Source: Eledone cirrhosa (taxonomy: Eukaryota). From it: DNA of 64,000 nucleotides. Below, in pieces: positions 40,319 to 54,500 of this stretch (its first letter is position 1; every line of letters begins with the position of its first letter). The notes beneath the pieces were generated by a model. It saw nothing but the letters and a program-made list of their open reading frames with translations, was not told the DNA's origin and did not search any database. The translations under genes and the position numbers were made by a program. Location of the stretch: the NCBI GenBank assembly GCA_964016885.1, contig OZ024740.1, positions 117,366,001-117,430,000 on the forward strand. Direction: 5' to 3'.

Positions 40319-41045
40319 AATTTTGCATAATATATGTATATAGACATACACACATACACATATTTGGAGGCATACACAGATGGGGAGAGTGAGGGTGTGA
40401 GGAGATGGCAAGGAGAGATTGGGAGCTTGAGACTGAAGCAGAAAGAAAGTGAAAGCCAAAGAGAGAACTGGTTGAATTAATGAGTGAGAGAGGGCAAGAC
40501 ATTATGGAGAAGTGTTCAGGCGGATGTCAAGAAACAACAACTACAACATATAGACACACTGTCTCGTCACCATAAATCTCAGTGTGTGTGCATAGAACCT
40601 CTTCAGATATTTAGGGAAAGCTATTGAGTCAGGTTCAACAACAATTTGGTCCCACCACTTGTACATATGTGCAAAAATATATTACTTTTAGAAGTAATAC
40701 AAAGTTAACGACGACAACAACGACGGTGATAATGACGATAATGATGATGTCGATAGTGATGATGATTCTTAAGTACATCCGGATTCCCTACCAATAATTT
40801 CCAATCTCAATCATTCCATCTACCATCTGATAAGAATAATTCTTATGTGGAGGAGAGATAGAGGTTATTTTGCCTTCTTCCTCTTCCTCTTATCATTTTT
40901 CTCTCCTTTCCTTCTGTTCATTCCTTCATGACGTCAGAATAACTATCTATGTAGGCATACATACATATACACAAAAATACAATCATACAAACATACATAC
41001 ATATACATATAAATACAATCATTCAAACATACATAATTATGTACA

Positions 41046-41167
<122 letters not shown>

Positions 41168-41208
41168 CGATATTAAATAAATGGAAACTATATTTATAAA
41201 ACCATATT

Positions 41209-41274
41209 TATTTCATTATATATATTTCAGGGATATCATATTAACAATATGTTATGCCTTCTTCAGACAAAATA
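41209..41274 (-). ncRNA. Minimal type I hammerhead ribozyme in the 3' pLTR
   Basis: Minus strand: tattttgt-CTGAAGA-agg..catatt(gtt)aatatg..cct-GAAA-tatata-TA-atgaaata. Stem I has 8 bp including 2 GU; overlapping AATAAA. Confidence 0.75.
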
Positions 41275-42571
41275 CAATATAGACAGTTTTATGAATAAAT
41301 AGATTTGACATACCTTTCAACATCGACTTGCATTTGAAAAGTTGATTTGGCAGTGAAAATTGTAAACAGAAAGAAAGAAAGAAAGAAGGAAAGAAAGAAA
41401 GAAAACGAAGAAAAAGAAGAAATCCATGCAACTAAATAGAGAGATGGAAAGATAGATAAAGAGAAGAACTTCATGTAAAGAAACAGAGAGAGATATATAT
41501 AGAGAGGAAATAGATAAAGATAGATATATATAGAGAAAAGTAGGTAGTTGAACATCCGTTGAATGACGTATCAATGATACATTTATTTATTTATTTATTT
41601 ATTTAGCTCTAGTATTAATGTAAGGGAGATATATGTGGTTAGGAGAGAAACCAGCCGTTATATATAGAGAAAAAAATGAAAAGTAACCAGACATAGGCGA
41701 GGCAGAATTTAAAAACCCTATGTTTCAATGTAGAAATATTAGTTCGTATAAAAACAGGCACTATAATGTAAATATCAGTATTCATGAATGAGACACGTAT
41801 CTATAATGTGTGAAAAGTAATGATCTTATGTCTAGTTTTAAAAATTCATATGTTTATATCATAACTACAAACATCGATGTGAATTTACGTGATCAGCTCT
41901 GCAAACTCCTATTTCACACGGAGAACATTCTCATTGTGCTATAAAAATTTAAGTATACATATATGTGTATATATACACATATATATAGAGTCTATATTAA
42001 TTTTAACAATACTATTCTTGTCTTTACTCTCCATGATTATCTATCAAGCAGAAATAGAGAACAGATTTCAATATATTAATAAAAATATCAGAAACAAAAA
42101 CAAAAAATAATAATAAATAAATAAAACAGAAAACTAAAAAATATTAAATATTAAAAATAAAAATATTAAAAATATTAAAAAAATATTAAAATAATAAAAA
42201 TAAAAACATAGTATGCCACGCAAATCGACCACAAAGATCAACCCTTCAAAGTTAATTGACAATATATTGCCAAGTTCATTATAAGCATCAGAGTCGAAAA
42301 CAGATAAAACCAAAAATTATTTACCAAATCCTGTCTAGCAGAAATCATTTCAAAAGTTTAGGATACCCATTTGGTCTACATATGTTCTTATATTTAATAT
42401 AGAAGTTTATCTAGTGTAACATTTATTCGATATATTTGGAGCATCAACTTTTAGGGTAGTTTAATTTTTCATGAAGAATGTTTAAAATAAAAATAAAAAG
42501 AAGAATAAAAAGAAGAAATCGAAAGATTTATCGGCTAGTTTCATAAATAATTACAAATCAAACTAAATATA

Positions 42572-43490
42572 CTACATTTTAAATTTAAATTTATATTTAA
42601 AAGTTGAGTTCAATCTATGTTTGCAGCAACTGAATAAATTTGTCCGTAGATTAAGGGAATTTTTAGATTTTAGTATAAAGAATATCTCCTCCGCGCAGAG
42701 GTCACATGTCTCAGAGGATGAATTAAAAGGAATCCCTCTTGAGACTATATTCCAAGCCGTCGAATATCTAACGTTATCATGCCTAAGTTGCCAGAGTACG
42801 CCTGATAGTGCTGTTGAAGATTTTTTGCTTGGATCTATGAAAGAATTCCGTCGATGTGGAACCAACGTAGTTAAAAGAATTAAAGTCCGTTTTAACATTA
42901 CAGTTGTATATTATATTTTTAACTAAGCAGTTGTTATTTAACGGACATTTAGATCTATCTCTACAGTTACATTTGTTAACTTGTATATTATTTATGCTAT
43001 TATCGCTAGGTTTTAAGTTCCTATTATTTATTCTATTAATATTTTGTGCTAAATTTTTGGTGGATGAGTAGGTTAATTTTATAGTATGTCTATTGAAAAT
43101 TGAGTGATACCTATGTGTTCTAGGGAAGCGATTATCAAGAGCTTTAAAAAATAGTTGAGCGATGTGGGTTTTAATGTTTAGTGAAAAAGGGGGAGCAAAC
43201 CATATTATGTTCCTAGTTCTATTTCTTTTTTGGCTTTTGGAATTATTATAATGCTTTCTATTATAGTTGTTAAGTTTGTGGCCGTAATTAAAATAGTTGT
43301 TATTTTGTTTAGTTTGTCTATCATTATCTATGTACATAATTTTATCACTATATCCTGCTCTAGCTAACGCTTCATTGTAGTACTGGGCTTTTTCGTCGAA
43401 AATCTTTCTATTAGACGAGATTCTAGAGATACGTTTTTGAACAGAGTTTACTATAGTATTTTTAACAGATATGGGGTGGTTAGAGTTAAA
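42572..43490 (-). pseudogene. PLE RT-thumb/linker/GIY-YIG remnant
   Basis: NSNHP...KRISRISSN...YYNEALARAGY, IIWFAPPFS, IFNRHTIKLTYS, CNCRDRSKCPL, NIIY...YVGST, STALS, CDLC..E, LNLRTNLFSCCKH; one frameshift. Confidence 0.9.
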
Positions 43491-43904
43491 GCTTTCTTTC
43501 CTTCTTTCTTTCTTTCTTTCTGTTTACAATTTTCACTGCCAAATCAACTTTTCAAATGCAAGTCGATGTTGAAAGGTATGTCAAATCTATTTATTCATAA
43601 AACTGTCTATATTTATATATATATATGAAGAAGGCATAACATATTGTTAATATGATATCCCTGAAATATATATAATGAAATAAATATGGTTTTATAAATA
43701 TAGTTTCCATTTATTTAATATCGTAAATATACTCCAAATACTTGTTGAGTGCTTTTATATCAGTTATAAATATTTACTCGTTGTAACCCAACAATTTAAA
43801 TATAACTTTCCATATATATATATATATATATATTCACACAACCCACCCCCATATAATATATATATATACATACATACATATACACATGCATATATTCATA
43901 CATA

Positions 43905-43962
<58 letters not shown>

Positions 43963-44089
43963 GCACACAATCCCGTTGAGGGTGAAAGCAACGATTCTTT
44001 GCTTAAACTTTAATCTGTTATATATATATATATGCATGTGTGCATGCATATCTTGTCGTATGGTATATGCACAATGGTTAGAGGGACAG

Positions 44090-45800
44090 ATGTAAATTGG
44101 TGAGCCAGACTAAGGCATCATTTGCAGTATTATGGATTGCCTATAGGCCGTCGGAAAAATGTCTGAGGGGGCAATAACGTACAACATACAGTACTGTCTT
44201 GTCAGGGACCCCACAGTCACATGGTGTGCTGTCTTTCAGTATCCATCGTAGAGATGATAGGTTGTCCTGGTATGTGTTCTGCGGATCTGGTTATGGCACA
44301 CCCATTGCTTTCTTGGAAGGTCAAAGCCGGCTGGTTTAGATGTGGGATCCTGAGAGAGGTCTTGGTTGGCAAATTTGGACTCTTCCTTCAGATCAATGTA
44401 ATTGTCTTGAAGTGTCTTCATTGATTCCTAGAAAGGTTTGCATTATTGCAGGCGCATGTTGCGAAGGTTTTTGGGGTCTTCGTCGATGGGAAGTTCCGGC
44501 TTGGACTTAGTGAGAAATGCTGTCTTGCGGATCATATCCTGACAATGCATGTGAGAAGGAGCTATTTGAGAAAGGGAAGGCAGCCACTGAGTAGGTGCAG
44601 ATTTTAGTGTGCCAGATATTGTCGAATTGAAGATGGTGTAAACTTGTTAAGTCTGGCATCTCCCTGCCCAGACCAGTGAACAGTTCTCTGCAAACTGAGT
44701 ATACAAGTGATAAGCACGCAGTTCGGAGCGTGTGAGCATCTGACACCCAGATTTTCCTTGATAACTTGCGGATGGTATTAATCCTGGTCCTGAACTTTCC
44801 GGCGACCCTCTTTAGACGCTCTCAGTTACACTAAGATAATTGAGGTGTGGTTCCTTCTTGACATGTCTACCACAGAAGGAGTGTGAGACGGAACTCACAG
44901 TGGTCTTGATTGCGTTGGGCCAAAGGTACCAGTTGGTGTAGTAGTCCCCCATCTTCTTCAGGTCTTCTATGAGTGTAACGTTGAGTTTGTCAAAGGCAGT
45001 AGATTGGGTAGCAAAATCAAGGTCATCTGCCTTTGTCCTGATAAAGGTAGTAAAGGCGAGGACTTGGTCAGTGTAACTTCTTTGTGGTCTGAAGCCTGCT
45101 TTCTCCTTAGGCAGGGATGGTTCTACTAAAGAGCCAAGCCTAACCAAGAGGCACCGTTCAAATAGCTTGTTAGTGGTACATAGGAGAGATATTAGTCAAT
45201 AGCTTACAGGATCGCCTGCAGGTTTCCCGGGTTTCAGAATGGCGATGACCTTGGCTTCTCCGCAGATCTTCGGGATAACTCCTATTGAATTGATGACTGT
45301 GAAGAGAGAAGGCAGCCAGTCTCGGGCTTATAAAACGAGGTTCCTAAGGAATTCAGGATATATTCCCTCTATTCCCGCAGCCTTGCCTTCTTTGGTAGAT
45401 GAAAGGCCAGTATCTATCTTAATTATGGTGTAAGGTATAGCAAGTGGGGTACACTTCTGTGAATATGGGTAGGCTGTCGAGAGATTCTCATGGATTTCTC
45501 GACGGAGCTCCTTGGCTGAAGGTACCTAGGAGTTGAGAGGTAGGCATGACACAACTGCATTAGCAATTACTTTTGGTGGCGGATGCTTAAAGGGAGATGC
45601 TGCACCAAGTCGCTTAAGGAGATTCATTGTTTTCCCACTAGAGTGAGTGAAATCCAACATTCCCACCGTTTCCTGCCAGCGTATCCGTCTAGTTGAGTCA
45701 AGAGAGTCTAAGAGTTCGGTAGCAATATATGGATCCCCTGCGGCTTCTTAACTCTTATGAAGTTCTTCTGATTCTGGGAGCCAACAGGACGTGTAAAATT
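44090..45800 (-). mobile_element. Decayed I-group LINE (Ingi/Vingi-like) RT region
   Basis: KPGKPAGDP.SY..ISLL, EKAGFRPQRSYTDQV, ADDL, HLNYL.VT, LRTACLSLVYS, GFDLPRKQW; clade assignment is from motif memory. Confidence 0.7.
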
Positions 45801-47928
45801 CATGAAGCTTCACGGTATGTGTTTCTTGGCATCGTCCTTTGGTGAGTAGCAGAAGTTTGGCCTGTAATCCTTCTTCCAGCGATTAGAATGGAACGTGCCA
45901 TGTTGTTTAACATCATGGAGAAGATAGCGGTCACAGGCTGAAGCCCAACTTCGTTGTCTGTGGCACAGGCCCATGAAGAGTATATATGTATGTGTGTGTG
46001 TATGCATGCAGAGGTGAATTCTAATAAACCAAAACTTGTGCATAGTTGTTCCTTACATGCACACAAAATCATCATGTAAAATAAATTGAGCGGTTCATTT
46101 TCAGTTTCTTCGATATTTTTTTGTTGAGTTTCGCTAGCAAGTACACCCTGTTTTTCTTTCTCCCTCAGAAGACAATTTCAGATTATTATTCTTTGTTTTT
46201 ACAGCCAAACCATAGCATGTTGATCCAAATCCTTGCCATTAGCCAATTGGAGCTGTTTCTTACGTTCTAATTATGTAAGTTAAGAATCAACCAGCCAATC
46301 CGGTTTCCGTAGACTTACTGTCAACAATACCTCCTTGAGAGTCTCAATGTATATGTTGTTTCTTCGTAACAGTCTTTCTTGGTTGTTTCTCTTGCTTGTT
46401 AATTTGAATAACTCAAATATCTGATTATATTTCAGCACACGAAAAAGATATGATATAAATAGGTTTCCCTTAGTGTTCACTGCAATTAATAAAATACTAC
46501 TTTATTGAAATTCTGACCTTATACTTTATAAATATGATAAACATAATGTAATTAGATCCTTTCCGTTTTAGATGGTAAAGTTGTATCACCTGGTACCAAT
46601 CTAATTCTAGATATTAAAAATAATCATTTAGCTATTATCAATGGTTCAACATAGTTTTGAAGAAAATCAATTTCATTTAAGATTCCATTGAAAAGCTCTC
46701 CTTGAAAGGATAAATTCTGCAAAACCTTCTAGGAATCTTATACAAACTGATATCAGGCACTCTTCTGAAGTGAAATTTATGTGCAATTTCTATAAGTACG
46801 CGTACCTGTTCTTGAAACCCACCAAATACATATTTTTACATCCTCGATCGTTTGGGTCTTGATTATCATAATTCTTTTTATTGTGTCATCGTACTAGGCA
46901 AACATTTGAATTTTGATGTGCTTCTATGCGGAATTGTGAATCTACATGAGCATCAATAAAATATATTTTAAAATTAAAGCAATAATGCCTACACGTTAAA
47001 AATGACGCACCAGCCAGACTGGTTTCAATTATGTGTTGTCATTTTATTGGGGACGGAATAACCTCTTTAACAATTGCAAAGAATTATCACCAGGATCCCA
47101 AAAGCTTTCAGCACTCTCGTGGCCGAAGCGCGTCGTCTATTGATCAATCAATTGATTCGGGCGGACCGCAAGATTAGACCAAACTGCTTAGTTTTGCGAC
47201 CCTCGCACTCGAGATCCCGATGGCAGGAAACCCGACGGTGGGGATGGGATCCTGCCTTTCCCTAACTTCCAGGCTCAAGGGCAATATCACTTCCTATTAC
47301 GACCCTAGCCTGCAAGCCTCTCGGACCGTTCGTGTCGGCCGAATTAGCACACGCAGATCACTTCCGACTGTTCGACGAAGAAACTGTTTATAGAAAATCC
47401 GCTACTACTGATGTTTAAATAAAATCAAGGTGATCGATTTACATATATCTGACGAATTCTTGGTACCAAATACTATATATGAATTATTTGTACGTTAACA
47501 GTGTTTTGTTTCAAAGCAATTCTATACTCTAGAATAAACCTATAGAATGTTAGCTGACACTGAATCTGATAAGCAGATATAAACCCACTGCCGCTTTATA
47601 CAATATCGTTGTGAACAACAAAAAGGGGATCAGACTAATTGGTTTCAATTTTGTTGGGATTTCACCAATGGCTGATTACTGGCTTTAACTGCGTACAATG
47701 ACATTGGTTATAGATCCACTATTTCTAAAAGATTAAGCAAATCGGATAGTCCAATCTACATATCTTAACACATTCGTGGCAGCTATTTCCATTTATAAAT
47801 CAATGGTGCGTGAAAAACAATGTTTAGTTTTAATACCATAATGTACTTTTGAACATATCTTTAGAATTTTAGCCCACAGTGTATGTAATAGATGTTTTTG
47901 GCAGCTAGTTTGATATAAATGCATATGT

Positions 47929-48033
<105 letters not shown>

Positions 48034-48299
48034 TATTCTTATATATGTTTTCTTCCATCTTTAATGATTTATTTACATATTTGTACGTGTGATGAATGTC
48101 GCAAAAGCATGTTTTATTTCAAGTCTTTCTCATAATTTCGTGACACCTCTCTTTCTGTCTGTATTTTTCTTACTGTCTGTCTATTTGTGTCTCTTTCTCT
48201 CTGTGTCTCGATTTCCATCTGCCTCTCTCTCTCCTTATCTCGTTCTCTGTTTGTTTCTGTAACTGTTTGTCAGTCTCTCACTGCCTCCTAAACACAAGC

Positions 48300-48700
48300 A
48301 TAATCTCACTCTCTCTATGCTTGTCGCTATCTCTCTCTCTCTTACACATCCTCTCTCTATGCCTGTCGTTCTCTCTCTCTCTCTTTCACTCACTGTCTAT
48401 ACCTGTCGGTCTCTCTCTCTTACACACACTCTCTGTGTGCCTGTCTGTCTCTCTCTTACACTCTCTCTCTCTCTGTCTGTCTGTCTCTCTCTTACACACT
48501 CTCTCTCTATATCTCTCTGTCTCTCTCTTACACTCTCTATCTATATCTGTTTGTGTCTCTTACACACTCTCTCTCTCTTACACTCCTTCTCTGTGCCTGT
48601 CTCTCTCTCTCTTACACTCCTTCTCTGTGCCTGTCTCTCTCTCTGTGCCTGTCTGTCTCTCTCTTACACTCCTTCTCTGTGCCTGTCTCTCTCTCTACCT
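48300..48700. repeat. CT-rich degenerate minisatellite
   Basis: Recurrent ctctctcttacactccttctctgtgcctgt units. Confidence 0.8.
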
Positions 48701-49045
48701 TTTTTCCCTTCGCTTCATTCACCCGTTCATTCTATCATCTATTTATTTATTCTTTGTTTGTTTATTGGTGACAGGAACCAATTTTCTGGTTCTTGCTTTT
48801 AAGACGTTTGGGATTCACTTGAAATATTCTTAATTGGGACAAGGATGTGAGTGGGAAGAACATTGTCTTGCTCTCTGCGTGTGTGTCTGTGCGTATGTAC
48901 TTGTCTATGTGTGTTTGTGCGTGGGTGAATATGCGTGTGTGCGTTCGTGTGTATGCATTTGCCAATTTCCATATGCATATGTCTATATGTATTACTTTGT
49001 ATGTTTATATGGATGTGTATATAAGTCTGTCTACATTTGTTTTTT

Positions 49046-49094
<49 letters not shown>

Positions 49095-49141
49095 GCGCGT
49101 AATCCCAAAAAACAAATTTATATATATATATATATATATGA

Positions 49142-49186
<45 letters not shown>

Positions 49187-49229
49187 GCGCGTAATCCCAA
49201 AAAACAAATTTATATATATATATATATGA

Positions 49230-49289
<60 letters not shown>

Positions 49290-49418
49290 TTATATATATA
49301 TATAAGTTATATATATATATATAAGTTATATATATATATAAGTTATATATATATATAAGTTATATATATATATATAAGTTATATATATATATATAAGTTA
49401 TATATATATATATATAAG

Positions 49419-49451
<33 letters not shown>

Positions 49452-49454
<3 letters not shown>

Positions 49455-49656
49455 CGAAGGAAATGTGGTAAGGAACCAGGTGGACCATAACGCACCAAAG
49501 TACTCAATACTTAGGTTAGTAGAGTGGGTAATAGGAACGAGTAGGACCCCGACGGCTGAGCTCAAGTCGTTTCCACGGCTAATTCTGGACTCCAGAATTC
49601 TGAGTCCAGAATTAGCCGTCGAAACGGCTTGAGCTCAGCCGTCGGGTTCCTGCTCG

Positions 49657-49660
<4 letters not shown>
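49452..49660 (+). repeat. TA-targeting fold-back element, family A
   Basis: Same body with variant ctgag/aatt in both arms. Confidence 0.8.
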
Positions 49661-49702
<42 letters not shown>

Positions 49703-50109
49703 ACCAGTAATGTACTGGGTAATTGCTGGCCTTGTGTGTGCCTAAAGTAGAAACAATTATTAATAATTATCAATTAATGCTATCGGGCAATACCTGTGCG
49801 TGAAGATCAGTTTTAAAGTGAGGAAAGACTGTGCACTGAGCCAATCCCACTCTCTGAGCGACAGTAGCTATAACCCTAAAAGAAGAAAAGATCAACATCA
49901 TCGGTAACTAGTGAGCCGCAGGTTTTATCTCGGAGTTATCCCAGCTTCCTGAGTTGCCTTCTCCTACATACATATAAATACTGACAGAAAGCGAGGTGTG
50001 TTGAAATAAAGAATTGAACACTCTAACCATTAGGCCACGTGTCTTCATAGACATACCCACAGATATATATATATAAAACCTATCAAAGTTATATATATAT
50101 ATATATATA

Positions 50110-51802
50110 TTGTTATATTTGGGGAGGGTCATATTTGCGTAATATTGCCAGAATTAATAACAGAACACACTCACTGTTTGGTTGGTTTTCGCTTCTCGCT
50201 GTCTTTTATATCTGCGATCTAACTTACTCGGTCCTCAATGTTGCCATTGACTGACCGACGGTCAAAAATAATACAGATACAATATAGACACAAACACATA
50301 TATATAGTTTACATAATTTACATAAATCTTTCGTTGCACATCTGCAACATCGTCAGTGGTGTTATATTCTTTGTTCCTCCTGTTGTGTTGTATGTCTACG
50401 CCATTTTTTTTATTCAGTCTGTCTATATATTTATTTATTTATTTGCTTGTTTGTCTATCTTATTTTATTTTGTCTTCTTTGCGCATGCGTTTGCGTGTGT
50501 GTATAGTGCTATGTGTGCTGTGTGACTAGTGTGTATAGTGTTGTGTCTGCTGGGTGACTCGTGTGTGTTTATGTGCTTGTTGTTATTGTGCTTGTGTATG
50601 TATTTATTTATCTTATTTTATTTTATTTTATTTACTTATTTATACTTCTCTTAGGTCAGTGTTGTTTGTTTGGGTGTTGTTGTTGTTCCACTCATTCTTT
50701 CTGTTTAGCTTTGGTCTTCTAATTTCTATTTCACTGGCCTCTCTGATTTGCCTATCTGCTGGGTCATTCCTATGTTTAGATATTATTCTAATTTCTATGT
50801 TGTCTATGTTACCGTCATGTTGTTGTCTAGCATGTTCGTATAGTACTGATCCGTTTTTTCGTCCTTTTAGTTCCCCCCAGTGTTGGTCTATCCTTTCACC
50901 TATGCTACGAGCTGTCTCACCTATGTATGTTGTTGTCATGTTTCTGCAGGTACCCTCTGTACATCTTATGCTATAGACTACGTTTCTAGTTTTACAGTTT
51001 ATCCGGGGGTTCACCTTACATATGATACATTTCCTATTGGTACAGTGGGTTTTCTTAAAAGGGTAGGTTTTGCTGATCAGGGATTTTATGGTGGTTCCTG
51101 GCTTTTCTACCACCTTTATTTTTAAGTGGGTCTTTCTCAGGGCCTTTCTACACTGGTTAGCTAATTTCCCTCCAGGGGTGGCGTCCACAAACATGACACT
51201 CTGATATCTCTGGTTGTCGTACCATGATGTGGCCTTCCCTATCTTATGTCTAGCCCTATCTAAGCTATTCCATGATTTGCTCCTGTATAGCGGGCAAATT
51301 CCTTTCATGTCCAGTTCTATGAGGGTCTTATACTTTTCCATGGCTCCTTCGTATACTCTGACTCTGTCTCTTTGGTTGTAGCCAGAGAACTGCATGCGGT
51401 TGATGAAGTGTTGGATGTGTCTTTCCATTTCTCTTGGGTCGCACATGCTGGACACATTCTTCATCACTCGTACCAAATCTGCGATCAGAATATTAAACTT
51501 AGCACTACTGGACATTGCTGAGTTTTTGAGTATCAGGTATTTGGAGGCCATGGGTTTAGCATAGTGTGAGTGGAGAATTTGGGCTCTCTCGTCTATAGTG
51601 TTAATCCAGAGTTCTGTGTCTAATACAGGTAGTCTATTGTTAGGGTGTTTGGAAGGGAAGTCGATAGTTACAGTTATACTCTGGTGTATGGAATTAGCTA
51701 TCTGCTGGATGCTTTCCATCGTGCTACGTTCTAAATCAAACTTGTTAGTGCTCTCTAGTGGGGGTGTTCTTATAACTATATTGGCTCAATGGCTAAAAAG
51801 AA

Positions 51803-51808
<6 letters not shown>
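50110..51808 (-). mobile_element. Penelope-like retroelement (Neptune/Nematis-type), 5'-truncated, between (TA)n arrays
   Basis: ORF 50640-51719 plus a 3' region ending at a terminus motif shared with 5755 and 53470; degenerate hammerhead at ~50320-50360. Confidence 0.85.
50640..51719 (-). pseudogene. PLE RT C-terminus/thumb + Cys-rich linker + GIY-YIG endonuclease (359 aa open frame, N-terminally truncated)
   Basis: LPVLDTELW, HYAKP, SGY, PLYRSKSW, CTNRKCIIC, NVVYSIRC...YIGETARSIGERIDQH, RQIREA...LNRKNEW. Confidence 0.9.
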
Positions 51809-51859
<51 letters not shown>

Positions 51860-51860
51860 A

Positions 51861-52422
51861 ATGTAATAAAATGGGGAGAAAAATACTGCTGGTAGCACAT
51901 GGATAACATGCAATAAAATAAGTCCCTCATCAGTGATTTGCCGACGATCATAGATATTTCATTGCATTAAAAATCATATACCTCACGTCGGTGCAATAAT
52001 AACAAAATTAAGTTATTAGGACAATTAAAACGCGTAAAGCGAGTGAGACAAGAAAACAACAAAGAGTAGAGCTAACCGTAGAAGGAAGGAGACAAGCTTC
52101 ATAGTTATTCTGTTAGCATAAGCTAGGTGAATATATGAGCGCTTAGAAAACAGACCTTTCACGAACGAATGCAATGTGAGAAAAGAGAGAAATTGCTTTC
52201 TTCGCGAACGGGGTGAAGTGAGGAGAGGAGAAACAGTGAGTGAGTGAGTGTAAGTGTGAGGAAGAGTTAACTGACATGACAGAGGGGGCGAAAGAAAGTA
52301 GGAGAAACAGAGAGAATGGGGGAGCAGTAAGAGAGAGAGAGAAAAACATAATCGCAGTTTGGGTAAATATATGTAATAAAATGGGGAGAAAAATACTGCT
52401 GGTAGCACATGGATAACATGTA

Positions 52423-52427
<5 letters not shown>
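51861..52427. repeat. 510 bp unit with ~57 bp direct terminal repeat, between TA arrays
   Basis: atgtaataaaatggggag...ggataacatg at 51861-51910 and 52371-52420; interior resembles 630-760. Confidence 0.8.
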
Positions 52428-52458
<31 letters not shown>

Positions 52459-52478
52459 AATACCATAACTGGACTTCA

Positions 52479-52697
<219 letters not shown>

Positions 52698-53065
52698 AAC
52701 TTCACTTTGGTAACTTTGATAGGTTTTATATATATATATATATATATGTGAGTGTATGTCTATGAAGACACGTGGCCTAGTGGTTAGGGTCTTGATCTAA
52801 TAATCATGAGTTCGTGGGTTCAATTCTTTATTTCAACACACCTCGCTTTCTGTCAGTATTTATATGTATGTAGGAGAAGACAACTCAGGAAGCTGGGATA
52901 ACTCCTAGATAAAACCTGCGGCTCACTAGTTACCGATGATGTTGATCTTTTCTTCTTTTAGGGTTATAGCTACTGTCGCTCAGAGAGTGGGATTGGCTCA
53001 ATGCACAGTCTTTCCTCACATTAAAACTGATCTTCACGCACAGGTATTGCACGATAGCATTAATT

Positions 53066-53378
53066 GAGTTCAAATCCCGCCGAGGTTGACTTTGCCTTTC
53101 ATCCTTACGGGGTCGATAAAATAAAGTACCAGTAATGCACTGGGTAATTGCTGGCCTTGTGCCTAAAGTAGAAACAATTAATTGATAATTATTAATAATT
53201 GTTTCTACTTTAGGCACAAGGCCAACAATTACCCAGTACATTACTGGTACTTTATTTTATCGACCCCGTAAGGATGAAAGGCAAAGTTAACCGCGACAGG
53301 ATTTGAACTCAGATCGTAAAGGGACGTAACTCTATGCTAGAAAGCATGGCGTCCAACCCTCTGCCGATACTGCCAATC
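53066..53378. mobile_element. Two SINE copies tail-to-tail (53066-53178 +, 53195-53378 -)
   Basis: Core and tails read in opposite orientations. Confidence 0.8.
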
Positions 53379-53435
53379 AAATGTTATATCGTTTAATGGC
53401 CATACTCGATAACGAGGGGGCAACTATCATGTATG

Positions 53436-53469
<34 letters not shown>

Positions 53470-53474
<5 letters not shown>

Positions 53475-53580
53475 ATACTTGGGGAGGGTCATATTGTAAT
53501 AAATATTGCCATAAATAATAATAGAATACATTCACTGTTTGGTTGGTTTTCGTTTCTGTATCTTTTATATCTCCATAGTT
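53470..53580 (-). mobile_element. PLE terminal fragment related to 50110-50220
   Basis: tgttatacttggggagggtcatatt...tcactgtttggttggttttcg nearly matches 50110-50210; abuts (TA)n. Confidence 0.6.
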
Positions 53581-54280
53581 AATTAATTTGGCAATCACGT
53601 TTATGGTAGATATGGATGCAATTCCCCTCAAGCACTCGGCGTTATGTTACTTCTTCAAAATAAGGATGAAGAAGTATAAATAGAATGAGGAAAATGCGAA
53701 GTTGTCGATGTTAGTGTCCTTTATTAATCAGGTTGTGATACGTATTTCAATGACGATTTGGTTACTTGATTACTTAACCAATATCGTTATTTCAAAAGAC
53801 ACCAAAATTGAGTAAAATTTCTGAAGCAATCATGGGTGCAAGGAGTGGACTAAAAAAATATGTTTTAGCTGGCGTCCGACAGCTTTACTCTTCGAGACTG
53901 GAACTAGCTGTCGAAACAGCATGAGCTCATCCATCGGCTCCCGACTTTCTCTAATATAGTTACACTCTACTATCCCAAGTATCGAGTACTAGTGTGTATG
54001 ATTATATATTTAACCGTTTGTCTATATATACCTGTGGATGTGTCATGTGTGTGTCATGTGTGTATATGGAAATGTGTGTATGTCTACGTCTAAGTGTATT
54101 TTTTGTGTATGTGTGTATATAAGTATGTACGCATTTATGTTTTTGCATGCACGTGTATGTGTATATGTGTATCCGTGTGTCTGTATCTATATATGTTGGC
54201 TTGTCTGTATATCTCTCTATGAGTGTGTATGTGTCTGATAATGTTTGTATTTGTTTATTTACGTTTTTGTATTGGCATGT

Positions 54281-54311
<31 letters not shown>

Positions 54312-54414
54312 CTTGTGTGTTTGAGTGTGTGTTTGTGGGTGTGTGCGTGTGCATGTGTGCTTAAATATATTTATGTATGCTCGAATGGATTTGGGTGTAT
54401 GAGAATGAGAACGA

Positions 54415-54500
<86 letters not shown>

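Noticed and set aside
47080-47390. GC/CpG-rich island as a promoter or structured RNA
   Set aside because: No recognisable motif, fold or linked gene; probably a TE fragment.
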